DNA of 63,646 nucleotides, filler included, from Chrysochromulina tobinii (GCA_001275005.1; 8 parts of 8 records of this genome joined end to end with filler, not necessarily neighbours in it); one strand, 5' to 3'. Counted from the whole stretch's first letter, positions 1 to 11,630 are shown. The notes: generated by a model from the letters alone, not told the origin. Made by a program: numbers and translations.

Positions 1-135
1 ATTCGCTGCTCCCTGCTCGCTGCCCGCGTCAGTTCGCTCCCTCCCTGCTCGCTGCTCGCTGCTCGCTGCTCGCTGCTCCCTGCTCGCTGCTCGCTGCTCG
101 CTGCTCCCTGCTCGCTGCTCGCTGCTCGCTGCCCG
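1..135. repeat. (CTCGCTG)n heptamer microsatellite
   Basis: Tandem ctcgctg/ctccctg units; similar composition to 60930-61590. Confidence 0.9.
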
Positions 136-330
136 CGTCAGTGCGCACACAAGGCGGCACACATGGCAGCTGTTTCGTGCTTGCCCGTCGACGGGTCGGA
201 TGCATGCATGCATGCTTGTCTGGATGCCTCAGGGCCAGGGCACCGCGATGACCGCTGATGGCCCCTGATGGCCACTGATTGCCACTGATTATCAAGTCGT
301 CGGGTGCCTGCTTCTCTGTGGGTGCCTCAG

Positions 331-2065
331 GGCCAGGGTGGCGAACAGGGCGGAGGCTCGCCTTTCGACATGTTCTTTGGCGGCGGGCAGCGCAAAGACA
401 CCGGCCGTGGCAAGAATATGGACATCGAGCTGCCAGTGACCCTCGAAGACTTGTATGCGCGCGCCCATGGCCTCCGCTTGATTACGCTTGATTACGCTTG
501 ATTACGCTTGATTATGCTTGTGTAATGCTTGATTACGCTTGATTACGCTTGTATGCGCGCGCTCATGGCCTCGGATGGGCTCTGATTGCCTCTTGATGGC
601 CTCTGATGGCCTCTCGATTGCCTCCCTCATCAGGTACAATGGCAATGAGAAGCTCTGATTGCCTCTTGATTGCATTTGATGACCTGATGATTGCCTCCCT
701 CATCAGGTACAATGGCAATGAGAAGCTCGCGACGGTCAAGCGGCGCATCGTTTGCCGCAACTGCAAGGGCAAGGCCCACCTGCCGCGATGTGCTGAGTGC
801 GGTGCCTGCCCGAAAGAAAAGAAGATGGTACATCGGCGTGCGGGGCCTGGGATGGTGGTGCAGCAAGAGGTGCGTGCGCCGCTCAGGGCCGTTGATGACC
901 TCTAATGAGCCCTGATGAGCTCTGATGAGCTCTGATGAGCTCTGATGAGCTCTGATTGCCTCCCTCATCAGGTGCGTGCGCCGCTCAGGGCCGTTGATGA
1001 CCTCTAATGAGCCCTGATGAGCTCTGATGAGCTCTGATGAGCTCTGATTGCCTCCCTCATCAGGTGCCTCGCTCATCCAGTGTCGTTGATGACCTCTTGA
1101 GTGCCTTTGAGTGCTTCTGATTCCTGTCTATGGCAGGTCTGATGATTGAGCCGAAGGAGAAGTGATTGGCCTTGATTGCACTTGATTGCGCTGAATTGCG
1201 CTGGATTGCGCTTGATTGGCCTTGATTGCGCTTGATTGGGCTTGATTGGCAACCGTACGTTCGCCCCTTTTATGGCAGGTGATGGTCGAGTCGAAGGAGA
1301 AATGCAAGCGTGAAGACAAGCGACTCACAGCGACCATCGAGAAGGGTATGCCCTGATGAGCCCTGATGACCTCTAATGACCACTGATGACCACTGATGAC
1401 CATCGAGAAGGGTATGCCCGATGCGGAGGAGATCGTCTTCAAGTACGAGTCCGAGCATGAAAACGCTCACGACGGCGCCTCCGCTTCCCCCCCCCCCACA
1501 GGTATGCCTGATGCGGAGGAGATCGTCTTCAAGTACGAGTCCGAGCAGAAACCGGGCCAGATCCCGGGAGACGTGGTGCTCAAGCTCAAGACGACGCCCC
1601 ACCCGATGTTCACACGCTCCCGCGACTCGTTGTCGATGAAGATCGCCATCCCGCTGCGCGCGGCACTGCTGGGCTTCGAGACCTCGTTCAAGCACCTGGA
1701 TGGGCACACGGTCACGCTCAAGCGAACGACCGTGACCAAGCCGGGGCAGGTGGGCAACACGCTGATGACGACTGATGACGCGCCCTGATGACGACTGATG
1801 ACGCCCTGATGACCTCCTGATGACGCCCTGATGACCTCCTGATGACGCCCTGATGACGACTGATGACGCCCTGACGATGTCCTGGCAGGTGATCCGCATC
1901 AAGGGCGAGGGGATGCCTAAGCACGGCACGCCGTCAGAGTTCGGCGATCTGACCATCACCTTCTCAGTCGACTTCCCCACTACCGTCGAGGCGGCCCTCG
2001 CCCAGGGGCTTGAGAAGCTCCTCCCCACATTCAGCGCCTCCGACCTGCGCATCCTCAGCAGCTGA
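331..2065 (+). CDS. DnaJ/Hsp40 co-chaperone (DNAJA/DNAJB11-like), 5'-partial; exons approx 331-452, 707-869, 1279-1345, 1502-1749, 1889-2065
   Basis: Spliced exons read PFDMFFGGG..LPVTLEDL|YNG..CRNCKG..CAECGAC..TIEKG|MPD..PGDVV..HPMFTR..ALLGF..HLDG..IKGEGMP..GDLTITFSVDFP, the Hsp40 G/F, Cys-rich and C-terminal motifs. All joins are GT-AG and in frame. Confidence 0.9.
689..706 (+). promoter_or_regulatory. Recurrent 3' splice-site cassette A, GATTGCCTCCCTCATCAG (representative copy)
   Basis: Exact or near copies ending at 633, 706, 971, 1063, 40595, 58258, 60253 (+) and 6423, 6539, 6585, 6631, 7788, 7847, 15943, 20856, 21022 (-, approx). Confidence 0.85.
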
Positions 2066-3137
2066 GCGCGCCGTGTTGGGCGACCTGCGCATCCTCAGCA
2101 GCTGAGCGCGCGCCGTGTTGGGCGCATGCCGTCAGCTCGCAGGGCGGCGCCGGCCTGGGCGCGCCGTGCTGGGCATCCCTACTTCGAGACGTACGCGCCG
2201 CGACGGGCGCAGCTATAGGCCGCGGCGCTGGGCAGCGTGAACAAACTGGGCAGCGTGAACAAGGCGCCGACCGGCATGTGACGGGGCATGTGACCTTGAG
2301 ACATGTATGGTCGGGTCAGTGCTACATAGTGGGTCGCTGGGCCGCGCCGTCGCGGGCGTTATGCGTGGCTCACTGGCCGGTGGCTCTCGTGTGAGTCGTC
2401 AGCCCTACATCGCCCAACACGGCGCGCGCCCATCGGTCGCCCTCGGCCGTGCATCGTTGCTCAACTTGTGTCCCCCCGCCGGACCGGTTCGCGGTCGTCG
2501 GGGGGTGGGGGTTACGGGTGTGCGCACTTATACGTTACCGCGAATACAAGCCGAGCGGCCGGCCCCGGGGGATCGGGCTTGATGCGGCTTCGGCCTTCGG
2601 GGGTTATATGCGTCGCTCCGGCGTCTAGATCTCGCGCATCGTACGATTTGCCGTCCGCACACGCGCTGCTGTAAACGTAACACACCTCCACAGCTCGCAA
2701 CCGCCCGGCGCAGCCAACGCCTTTACGAGTACGCGACGGACCGCCGCGTGCGCGCCGCGCCCGCCGCACCGAACAAGCGCCGCCGCACGAGGGCCGAGAG
2801 CCGGGGGGCGCCGAGGCGCGCGGGACGGGCCCTTATCCACACTGACCACTCTCACGACATGCCAGTCGGCGGCTCGGCGCCTGGTGGTTCACACCTGGTG
2901 GTTCACAGGAACATAGCTGCCAAAGCATGCATCGGACACGGCAGTCCGCGTTCATGCCGAAATAGGCAAGAGGAACGGCGCATTCACAGTCCTCACGCGC
3001 CTTCATGCCAGGACGAGCTCGGAGAGGTCGATAGGTACGTATCTCGGACGTATCTCGGACGTATCTCGGGGAATTGGCTCCGCCGCCCCAATGGCGCCGT
3101 CGCGGGCGTCGTCGCGGGCGCCATCGCGGCGAGGCGC

Positions 3138-4955
3138 TCAGCCGAGGGGGACGGCGGCCGCGGCCTCATCAGGGGAGATGAACTCTTCAGCTTCGTCAGT
3201 CTTGTACAAGATCTCGAGCACCTGGGCGCGCGAGAGTGGCGCGCGAGAGTAGCGCGCGAGAGTGGCGTCATCGGTGGTGTCATCAGTGGTGTCATCGGTG
3301 GTGTCATCAGTGGTGTCATCAGCGGCACCTTGTCAAGGAAGGGGATCTGCGCCCCCTCGTAATCAATCTCGTAATCAATCTCGTAATCAATCGTAATCAA
3401 TCGTAATCAAGCGGCACCTTGTCAAGGAAGGGGATCTGCGCCCCCTCGTAATCAATCTCGTAATCAATCTCGTAATCAATCTCGTAATCAATCGTAATCA
3501 ATCGTAATCAATCGTAATCCATCGTAATCAATCGTAATCAAGCGGCACCTTGTCAAGGAAGGGGATCTGCTCCCCCTCGTGGCTCTGGCAGAGCACCTCG
3601 ACCTCGCGCAGCTTCGAGTAGTAAAAGTCACGCTGCGCGCGCACCGAGGCCAACATGACGACACTCAGTCGCACTCCGCGCGGCGCTCAGTTTCGTCAGT
3701 CGCACTCCGCGTGACGCTCAGTTTCGTCAGTCGCACTCCGCGTGACGCTCAGTTTCGTCGATCTCGCGAGGGCCATCAGGCGGCCAGCAGTGCGCCATCT
3801 CGCGCTCGAGATTCTCCGTTGCGTAATCAGTGATGTAATCAGTGGCGCCATCACACCTCGCGCTCGAGATTCTCGACGCTCATCTTGAGCTCCGTGACCT
3901 CGAGGGCGAGCTGCTTCGCGCCGCCCTGAGCGCCCGCACCGGCGCTCGACGCCGCACTGGGCACCTCCGACGCTGCCCGCGCAGACGAGGCCGGCATGCG
4001 CTTGGGCGCCTCCTTGGGCGCCGCCGTGGGCGCGGCGGGCGGCGGCTTGGGCGGCGGGGCCTCCTTAGGGGGCGCTGCCTTTTTAGGGACGGGAGGCGCC
4101 GTAGTGGCGGCAGGCTCGTTGGCCGCCTGGTCGGCGAGCGGCGCCGCTGTACCCTCGGGGGCCACGACGGCGCCGTTGGGTGCATGCATATCCCAGTAGC
4201 ACTTCATAAACTGAGAGGCACCCGGACGCGAAGGCGAGCGCCGTGGTGAGCGAGGTGAGAGGCATGCATGCAGGGGGCACGCCTCAGGGCGCCGTGGGCT
4301 GTGACGCCGTGTTGGGCAGTCGCGCCGTGTTGGGCAGGTCGGGCACTGGCGCCGTGTTGGGCAGTATCGCGCCCACGGCGGCGCCGCGGGGGCAGCGTGC
4401 AGTCGCGGGGTGCCCACGGCGGCGCCGCGGGGCCAGCGTGCAGTCGCGGGTCGCTGGCGTCCGAAGAGGTGCTCGGCGGGCGTGCCTGCACAAATTCCAT
4501 GTTGGTCTGGAAGGACTTTTTGGAGAGTTTGTCGATCTCAATGAACCGGTCGATCTTCTTCTGGCTGAACGCTTTCTGGAGCTGCTTGAAGTTGTTGATG
4601 TAGTCGACCTCGATCTTCGCGTCGCGCTTCACCTTGGCCATGACTTTGCATTCCGGGTAGATGGAGTCGATGATCTGGCAGTAGACGACGCCCGAGCCGA
4701 GGTCCTCAATTTTCTGGAAGCTCGGCTGGAAGTGCTGCTGGATCCACCCGATCAACTCCTTGCGCCCCACGAAGTAACCCTCGTGCATCTGCCATCGCCG
4801 CACGAGGCGGACGCACGCACGAGAGCATGGACGCGCGCCCGCTCAGCACGCTGGGACGCGGTGCGCGCGGCTGCGCGCATAGGCGCTGCGGACGCGCGAG
4901 GGCGATAGGCTCCGAGGGGCGGCGAGGGTCAACCCACCATGCCCATCGCCGCCAT
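3138..4955 (-). CDS. EB1: Microtubule end-binding protein EB1/MAPRE; exons 4955-4938, 4788-4486, 4210-3857, 3632-3549, 3221-3138
   Basis: MAAMGM|MHEGYFVGRKELIGWI..IEDLGSGVVYCQIID (CH domain) and ENLERE|RDFYYSKLREVEVLCQ..VLEILYKTDE (EBH domain). Confidence 0.93.
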
Positions 4956-5361
4956 GATGAGTTCGACGGTGCTGCGCTGCTGCTCGCGAGATCCGAAACG
5001 GCGCCAGACGACTGCGCAAAGGAGCAGAGTGCAGCGCGTGAGCCCATGCTGCTGCGTGAGGCACGCCCGGGAGGGTGGGGCCGGCCGTGGTCGCCGGGTG
5101 CCACCGACTTGGGACCCGCTCGCTTCGGCAGGAAGCACACCGTCTCCGCCTTTCCTTCCTCTCAAAGGGCGCTAACCTCGGCAAACTTGGCCATGCTCAT
5201 GACGGCGCGAGCGTAGTATGCACGGGAGCCCTCGTTCGTCCGCGTACATGCACCCTCACTCATTAGGGTTTAGAAAACTCGCACTTAACTCGCACTCAAC
5301 AAGACCGAGGCTTCATTGGGACCCCCGCTCCCCATGCGCCAGCATCGCCTTCGACACGCTC

Positions 5362-6853
5362 TCAGCAGTCATAATACCCCTTGCTGCTGCTCTCCTCCTC
5401 GTCCCCCGCGGTCGCCGCCCCCCTCCTCGCCGGGGACGGCGCCCATGTCACACTCCGGTCCGTGCGCTCGGTGCGCTCGCCACAGCGCTCGGTGCGCTCG
5501 CCACAACGCGCGCTCGATGGGCGTGGCGTGCGCGTTGTGGCGAGCACCGAGTGCGTGTTCTCTAGCGCGCGGTACGTGCGAGCGACCCGCGCAGACGCGC
5601 TCCCGCCCCCCTCCCAGCCCGCGCCCCCCTCCCAGCCCCGCCCCCCTCCAGCCCCGCCCCCCTCAGCCCCGCCGCTGCCGCCCGCTTGGAAGGCGTCGAC
5701 TAGTTGGACCAGTGACGAAGCGCGCACTCGGTCGCGCATCTCGCGTGCCTCCGCATGCCTCTCGCGTAGCAGCGCCTCGCGACGCTGGTCGATCGCGCCC
5801 GCGGCGGCGCGCAGCGTGCTCGCGCCAACGCGCCTTGAGTGACTGAGGAAGGCTCGTGCCTGCTTCGTCGAGATCGCAATCTCGCTCACCTGAGGGAGGG
5901 ACGCACTCAAGTGTCATCAAGCGCAATCAGTCTGAGGAGGGACGCCATCGATCTGAGGAGGGACGCAATCAATCTGAGGAGGGATGCAATCAAGGGCCAC
6001 AAAGATCGCAATCTCGCTCACCTCCGAGCCCGAGCTCGCAATCTCGCAATCAGATCGCAATCTCGCTCACCTCGTCATGGAGCGCCTCCACGTGGCCCAT
6101 CCAACGCGCATCCCTCAGCCGCTTATCCGCCTTCCGCGCGGCCGCCTCGCGCTTGACGCCGCGCGCGCGCAGCTGGTTCAGTTTCGTCACCCGCTGCCGC
6201 TCCTGCTGCGCCAACGCCCGTTGCGACCAGGCGGCCCTCTGCAGGTCCGCGCCGTGCCGAGCGTGCTCGGCGCGCTGGGCGGCGAGGGCCTGCTCGCGCC
6301 GCACCTGTGGGGAAGGGCGAGGCGCCGTGGTGATCACTTGCATGCAAGGCACGTCATCAGTGGTAATCAGCGAGGGCCTGCTCGCGCCCGCACGTCCTCG
6401 AGGGTCATCAAGCGCAATCAATCTGATGAGGGACGCAATCAAGGGGCCACTGAGCTCGCAATCTCGCGCCGCACGTCCTCGAGCCTCGAATGCCAATACT
6501 CGGCGCGCTTGGACGCATGGAGCAGCCATCGATCATACCTGATGAGGGAGGCCATCAGAGGCGTCATTCGAGGCCATCCGGTTCCTGATGAGGGAGGCCA
6601 TCAGAGGCGTCATTCGAGGCCATCCGGTTCCTGATGAGGGAGGCCATCAGAGGCGTCATTCGAGGCGTCCTTCGAGGCAATTCGACGTACTCAGCGAGGA
6701 GCGTGCTGTCCGTGTCGAGGGCGTCAATAGGGCCACCATTCTGCTCAAGCGACGTGACCTTGCCCACGTCCTCGAGGCTGCGACATCCCTTCGCCGCGGC
6801 CAAGATGAGCCAGGACGGTGGCTCGCCGAAGCTGAAACCGCCACCCGCCGGCA

Positions 6854-6895
<42 letters not shown>

Positions 6896-8292
6896 TCTCG
6901 CCGCCCTCTCCGCCGCAGCCGCCGCGGCCTGGCGAGTGCGCACCTGTGGGGAAGGGCGAGGCGCCGTGGCGAGCACTTGCATGCGAGTGCACAGCACGGC
7001 CCGGCGAGTGCACAGCACGGCCGGGGCTGCCGGTACGTCCTCCCCCGCCAAGCGTCGCGTCCGCTCGCAGAAAGGCCGCCAGGGCAGTCACCTCCCTCGC
7101 CGCCTGTGTGGCGGCCTCGGCCGCCTCGACCGCATCCTTGGCCGCCGCCTCCGCCCCAGCTACCGATCGGTTGGTGGCGACGGTGAGCGCCGTGGTGAGC
7201 GCCGGCGAGGCGCCACAGGAGACATAAGGGGTCGACGGGCGCGCGTATGGTGGCGAGCGAGCCGAACGGCGACGAGCGTTGTCGTCGTCGTCGTCACTGT
7301 CGGCGTCGTCACTGTCGTCCTCGTCCTCGTCCTCGTCCTCGTCGCCCTCGATGCTGTTGCCGTCCTCGACGCCTAGAAAGTCCTCCGAGTACGGCGGAGG
7401 GCGCGCGAGCAGGCGCGTCGCAACCGCCGTCGCCGCATAGGATCGCTCGAGCACCTGTGGGGAAGAAGAGAGAGCGCCGTGGTGAGCACGTGCATGCGAG
7501 GCCCATCTTCGGTTCAGCGGCCGAGAGGGCGCCGTGGTGAGCACATGCATGCGAGGCGAGGGCCATCTTCGGTTCAGCGGCCGCTCGAGTACCCGTTCGG
7601 CGAGCGGCGACCGAAATTGATGGGTCAGTGCAGCACGCTCGGGCGGCGCCGGTAAGGCGAGCGCCGAGGTGAGGCGAGCGAGCCGCAGCTCATTCGCGTC
7701 GGAGCGTCCCAATCGACGATCGAGATCGGCGTGCGGCTCGATGAGGGCGTCGAGGCGCTGTGGGGAATCGAGGCGTAGCCCCATCACCTGATGAGGGAGG
7801 CAATTGGTGGCCATCAGCGGACATCATCAAGGGGCAATCAAGTTCCCTGATGAGGGAGGCAATTACCGAAGCGGGCGATGGCTCTTCACAAGGCGTCGAG
7901 CTGGGCGCTTCGGCCTTCCACAGCGGCGGCGTCGGCGTCGTGCTGGTGAAGCGCGAGCGCGTGCCGGTGGAGGCGCCGGTGGAGGTGGCGGAGGAGGTGG
8001 AGGAGGAGGTGGCGGTGGAGATGGCGGACGCGCCGGAGCGCCGTGTTGAGCTGGATCCCGCCTTAATCGCAGCTGACTCGGCGGGCTCCGGCGGCGCTGG
8101 TGTGAAGGCTCTCGCTGGTGTGAAGGCACTCGCGGCTGTGGGGGTGGCGGCTGTGGGGACGGCGACGACAGCAGCGAAACGGCCGGGGGGGCTTGGCGGA
8201 AGATCGAGTGGCGCTGGCCGGCGCCCGCCGCCACCGCCGCCGCCGCCGCTGCTGCCGCTGCTGCCACCGCTGCTGCCGCTGCTGCCACCGCT

Positions 8293-8323
<31 letters not shown>

Positions 8324-9237
8324 CGGCTGCTGCTGGCCGAGGTGCTCGCGGCGCGAGCGGACGTAGCGCCGGCGGCCCGGGCGGTGGCGGCATGGGAGCA
8401 CGTGGAGGGCGCGGAGGCGGCGAGATATGAGCTCGAGCCGGCGCGCCGAAGCTGCGACCGATGTGACGAAGCTGACGAAGCGCCGGTCGGGCGGCGGCGA
8501 CTCGGCGTCGCACGGCGCACCGCCGCGGCGGAAGCTTCTTTGGAGGACGACGCTGACGAAGCTGACGAAACGGAGGCTGCTTTGGAGGAGGAGGAGGTCC
8601 ACGAGGCGGCGCGCACGAGGCGATGCACGATGCGGAGCTGCTGCTCCGAGCCAGGCGAGGAGGCGGTTGACGTGGCCGCACGAACAGCGCCGTGTTGAGC
8701 GCCCCCCGAGGCGCGAGGGCGGAGCTGCTGCCGCACGTGGGCCCATTTTGAGGTCGAGGTCGAGCGGTCCGTCGAGCGATCGGTGGAGGAGCGGTCCGTG
8801 CTCGGAGCCGGCGGCGAGGCGGGCACCTCGAGCACGCAGCCGCACAGAGGCTCGAGCGCGAGCCGAATATTCTTGAGGTGCATCGGCTTCGCATCGCACA
8901 GCTGAGCGAGTGCCGCCTCGACCTCGCGGTAGATGCCGAGGTCCATGTGCTCCAGGTCGTCCGAGTCCTCGACGCCCGCCGCCTCGAAGGCCACGGCGAA
9001 GCGCGACGCGTACCCGGGCTTGATGCCCTCGAGCCACTCCTTGAGCGAACGCTGCTGCTCCATGGAGCGCGCGCTGTGCTCCACCTCGCCGCCGCCAGTC
9101 GGGTTGTCGGTCAGCTGGCTCACGGTGAGCTCGTCGATCCAGCTCTCCTCCGGGCGAGGAGACGTGATGTCGGCGGGCGCGGCCTGGCCGCCCTTTGCGC
9201 CGTCGGCCATCGCGGGCAGCCAGCTGAACATCTGCAT
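5362..9237 (-). CDS. Multi-exon low-complexity protein with an N-terminal SAM-like domain and C-terminal coiled coil
   Basis: SLKEWLEGIKPGYASRFAVAFEAAGVEDSDDL..KPMHLKNIRLAL resembles a SAM domain. ORFs 7690-9288, 6564-7814 and 5362-5910 can be joined through GT-AG introns (7866-7788, 7592-7455, 6070-5890 and others). Confidence 0.6.
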
Positions 9238-9437
9238 CGTCAGGTTACAGGGAGGATGCAGCGACGCGGAAGGAACACTCCTAGTCAAGTCAAAAAGTCA
9301 AGCATGTCAAGTCAAGTCAAGACTTGACATGTTCCTGCGAAACTGGTTGGAACAGTAAGATCGCTTTTTCGCTACGACTGAAGCCAAGTCAAAAGAGACA
9401 AGTCAAGCCTTGTGATGGAAAACTCCGCAAGCAACCA

Positions 9438-11630
9438 ATGAAGCGACGTCGGTTCGGCGTCGCCGGCGGCGGCGACGTCAACGGCGGCGACGACGGCGAT
9501 GTGAGGGTGCGAAGCGCCGAGGGCGAGGTGGTCGCGTGGTCCCGTTTGGCCGCGGCGCGATCGGCGGCGCTCGCCAACTGGGTGAGCGACACGGGCGGCG
9601 CCGAGGGGGCGTTCTCCACTCTGGTGCCTGCGGCTGCGCTCCGCACGCTCTCGCGCGTCGCCGAGGGCGGGGCGGAGGATGGCGGGGCGCTGGAGGGGTG
9701 CTCGCTCGCGCAGCTCGCGCAGCTGTTGCATGGCGCGCACTTTCTCGACGTGGACGTCGAGCTTCTCCGCCTCCTCTCGCGTTCCCTGTGCACTGGCCAC
9801 CTCGCCGGCAAGAGTGGCCCGGAGCTCGGGCGGCTGCTGGGCGTCAAGAGCGACTTCCCCACCGAGGCGGAGCGGCAGGCGGCGACGGAAGAGCCGATCT
9901 TCACGCATGACGCTCAGGACGACGCCATCGCTCCCGGAGCGGCGAGCTCCGACCTTAGACACCTTAAGATTGGCAACGTGGTCATTGAGTTGCCACCATC
10001 GGCGAAGGTCACCTACGGCGAGGGCGGACGCGCCGAGCTGCACCTGAACGCCTTTACTGGCAGTCTGACCGTCTTGCCGACGGCGGCCTCGATGTCCGTC
10101 AAGCGTGCTTCCGATGCACCCACACCGCCACCGCTCGTGTGCTGGCTCTCGACACAGCTCGTCAACGAGGACGCCCTCGAGGACGCCCTCGCAGACGCTG
10201 ACGTGCCGACGCTGTGTGCACTCAAGGGCGTGAGCCTCGCGTGGCGCGCGCGAGCGCGGCGCGTCCTGTGCGCGCGGCTGTGCGCACGCGTCGGCCTGCC
10301 GCTCACGAGCAACCTCGTCGAGGTGACCAAGCTCGACCTCTCGGGCAGCCGCGCCGCCGGTCGCCTCTTCGCCGACGCGGTCGACGCATCGCGCTGGCTG
10401 CCCAACCTGGCAAAGGTGACGGGGCTGGGCGGTTTCGAGGTGGACGTGGCCGCGCTGAGGAGCGTGGAGTCTTCGGATGAATCGGAAGAAGATGAAGAGG
10501 GTGAAGAGGGTCCGCCGCTGTATCCGATGGCAGGGGTACGCGCGTGCATCCGCGGCGAGGGCGAGGTGTCGATGGAGGTGCTGCTCGCCGCGTGCGTGCT
10601 GCGCGACGGTGAGGCGCACGTGCCGGCGAACGCGTTCCGCGACGACACATCGATGACGTCGATCGCGCTGCCCGCCGGCCTCACGAGCATCGGTGAGAGC
10701 GCCTTCGAGGGCTGTACCTCGATGACTTCGATCGAGCTGCCCGCCAGCCTCATGAGCATCGGTGAGTACGCCTTCTATGGCTGCTCCTCGATGACATTGA
10801 TCGAGCTACCCGCTGGCCTCACGAGCATCGGTGATTATGCCTTCCGTGGCTGCTCCTCGATGACGTCGATCGAGCTGCCCGCTGGCCTCAGGAGCATTGG
10901 TGATGGCGCCTTCATTTCCTGCTCCTCATTGACGTCGATCGAGCTGCCCGCCGGCCTCACGAGCCTCGGTGAGTACTCCTTCGAGGGCTGCTCCAGGTTG
11001 ATGTCAATCGCGCTGCCTGCCGGCCTCACGAGCATCGGTCAGTGCGCCTTCTGGGGCTGCTCCTTGATGACGTCGATCGAGCTGCCCGCCGGCCTCACGA
11101 GCCTCGGTGAGGGCGCCTTCATGAACTGCTCCTCGTTGACGTCGATCCAGCTGCCCGCCAGCCTCACGAGCATCGGTGAGTGCGCCTTCGAGGGCTGCTC
11201 CTCATTGACGTTAATCGAGCTGCCTGCCGGCCTCATGAGCCTCAGGCAGTAAGCCTTCAATGACTGCTCCGCGTTGATGTCAATCGAGCTGCCCGCCGGC
11301 CTCACGAGCCTTGGTAAGGGCGCCTTCCAGGGCTGCTCCTCGTTGACATCGATCGCGCTGCCCACCGGCCTCACAAGCATCGGTGAGTGGGCCTTCGGTG
11401 GCTGCTCCTTGATGACGTCGATCGCGCTGCCTGCCTGCCTCACGAGCATCGGCTATGAGGCCTTCCGTGAATGCTCCTCGTTGAAGTCGATCAAGCTGCC
11501 CGCTGGCCTCACGAGCCTCGGTGAGCTCGCCTTCTTTGGCTGCTCCTCGTTGGCGTCAATTGAGCTGCCCGCTGGCTTCTATGACAGCATTCTCAAATCT
11601 GCTGCAGTGCCTCCCAGCGCCATCCTTTGA
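9438..11630 (+). CDS. SKP1-like + F-box-like + BspA-type LRR (LRR_5) fusion protein, with an in-frame TAA at 11250-11252
   Basis: VRSAEGEVV..LLHGAHFLDVD..AGKSGPELGRLLGVKSDFPTEAE (SKP1-like); EDALEDALADADVPTLCALKGVSLAWR (F-box-like); about 14 repeats of 23 aa LTSIxLPAGLTSIGxxAFxxCSS. Confidence 0.8.
10620..11580 (+). repeat. 69-bp coding tandem repeats (BspA LRR units)
   Basis: Recurring ctgcccgccggcctcacgagcatcggtgag..gccttc at 69-bp spacing. Confidence 0.95.

Noticed and set aside
689..706. Classical TIR-type Introner or MITE
   Set aside because: No terminal inverted repeats or fixed-length TSD are seen, and intron 5' ends are locus-derived rather than shared.
453..1501. Intron duplications as pure assembly stutter
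   Set aside because: Many copies are diverged, sit precisely at splice boundaries and carry different fillers. The near-identical pair 870-971/972-1063 still needs read-level confirmation.
5260..5272. TTAGGGTTTAG telomere-like motif
   Set aside because: Under two units; chance or at most a telo-box.
11250..11252. TAA reassignment (alternative genetic code)
   Set aside because: TAA terminates other genes normally (methyltransferase 18754-18756, dehydrogenase 46290-46292).
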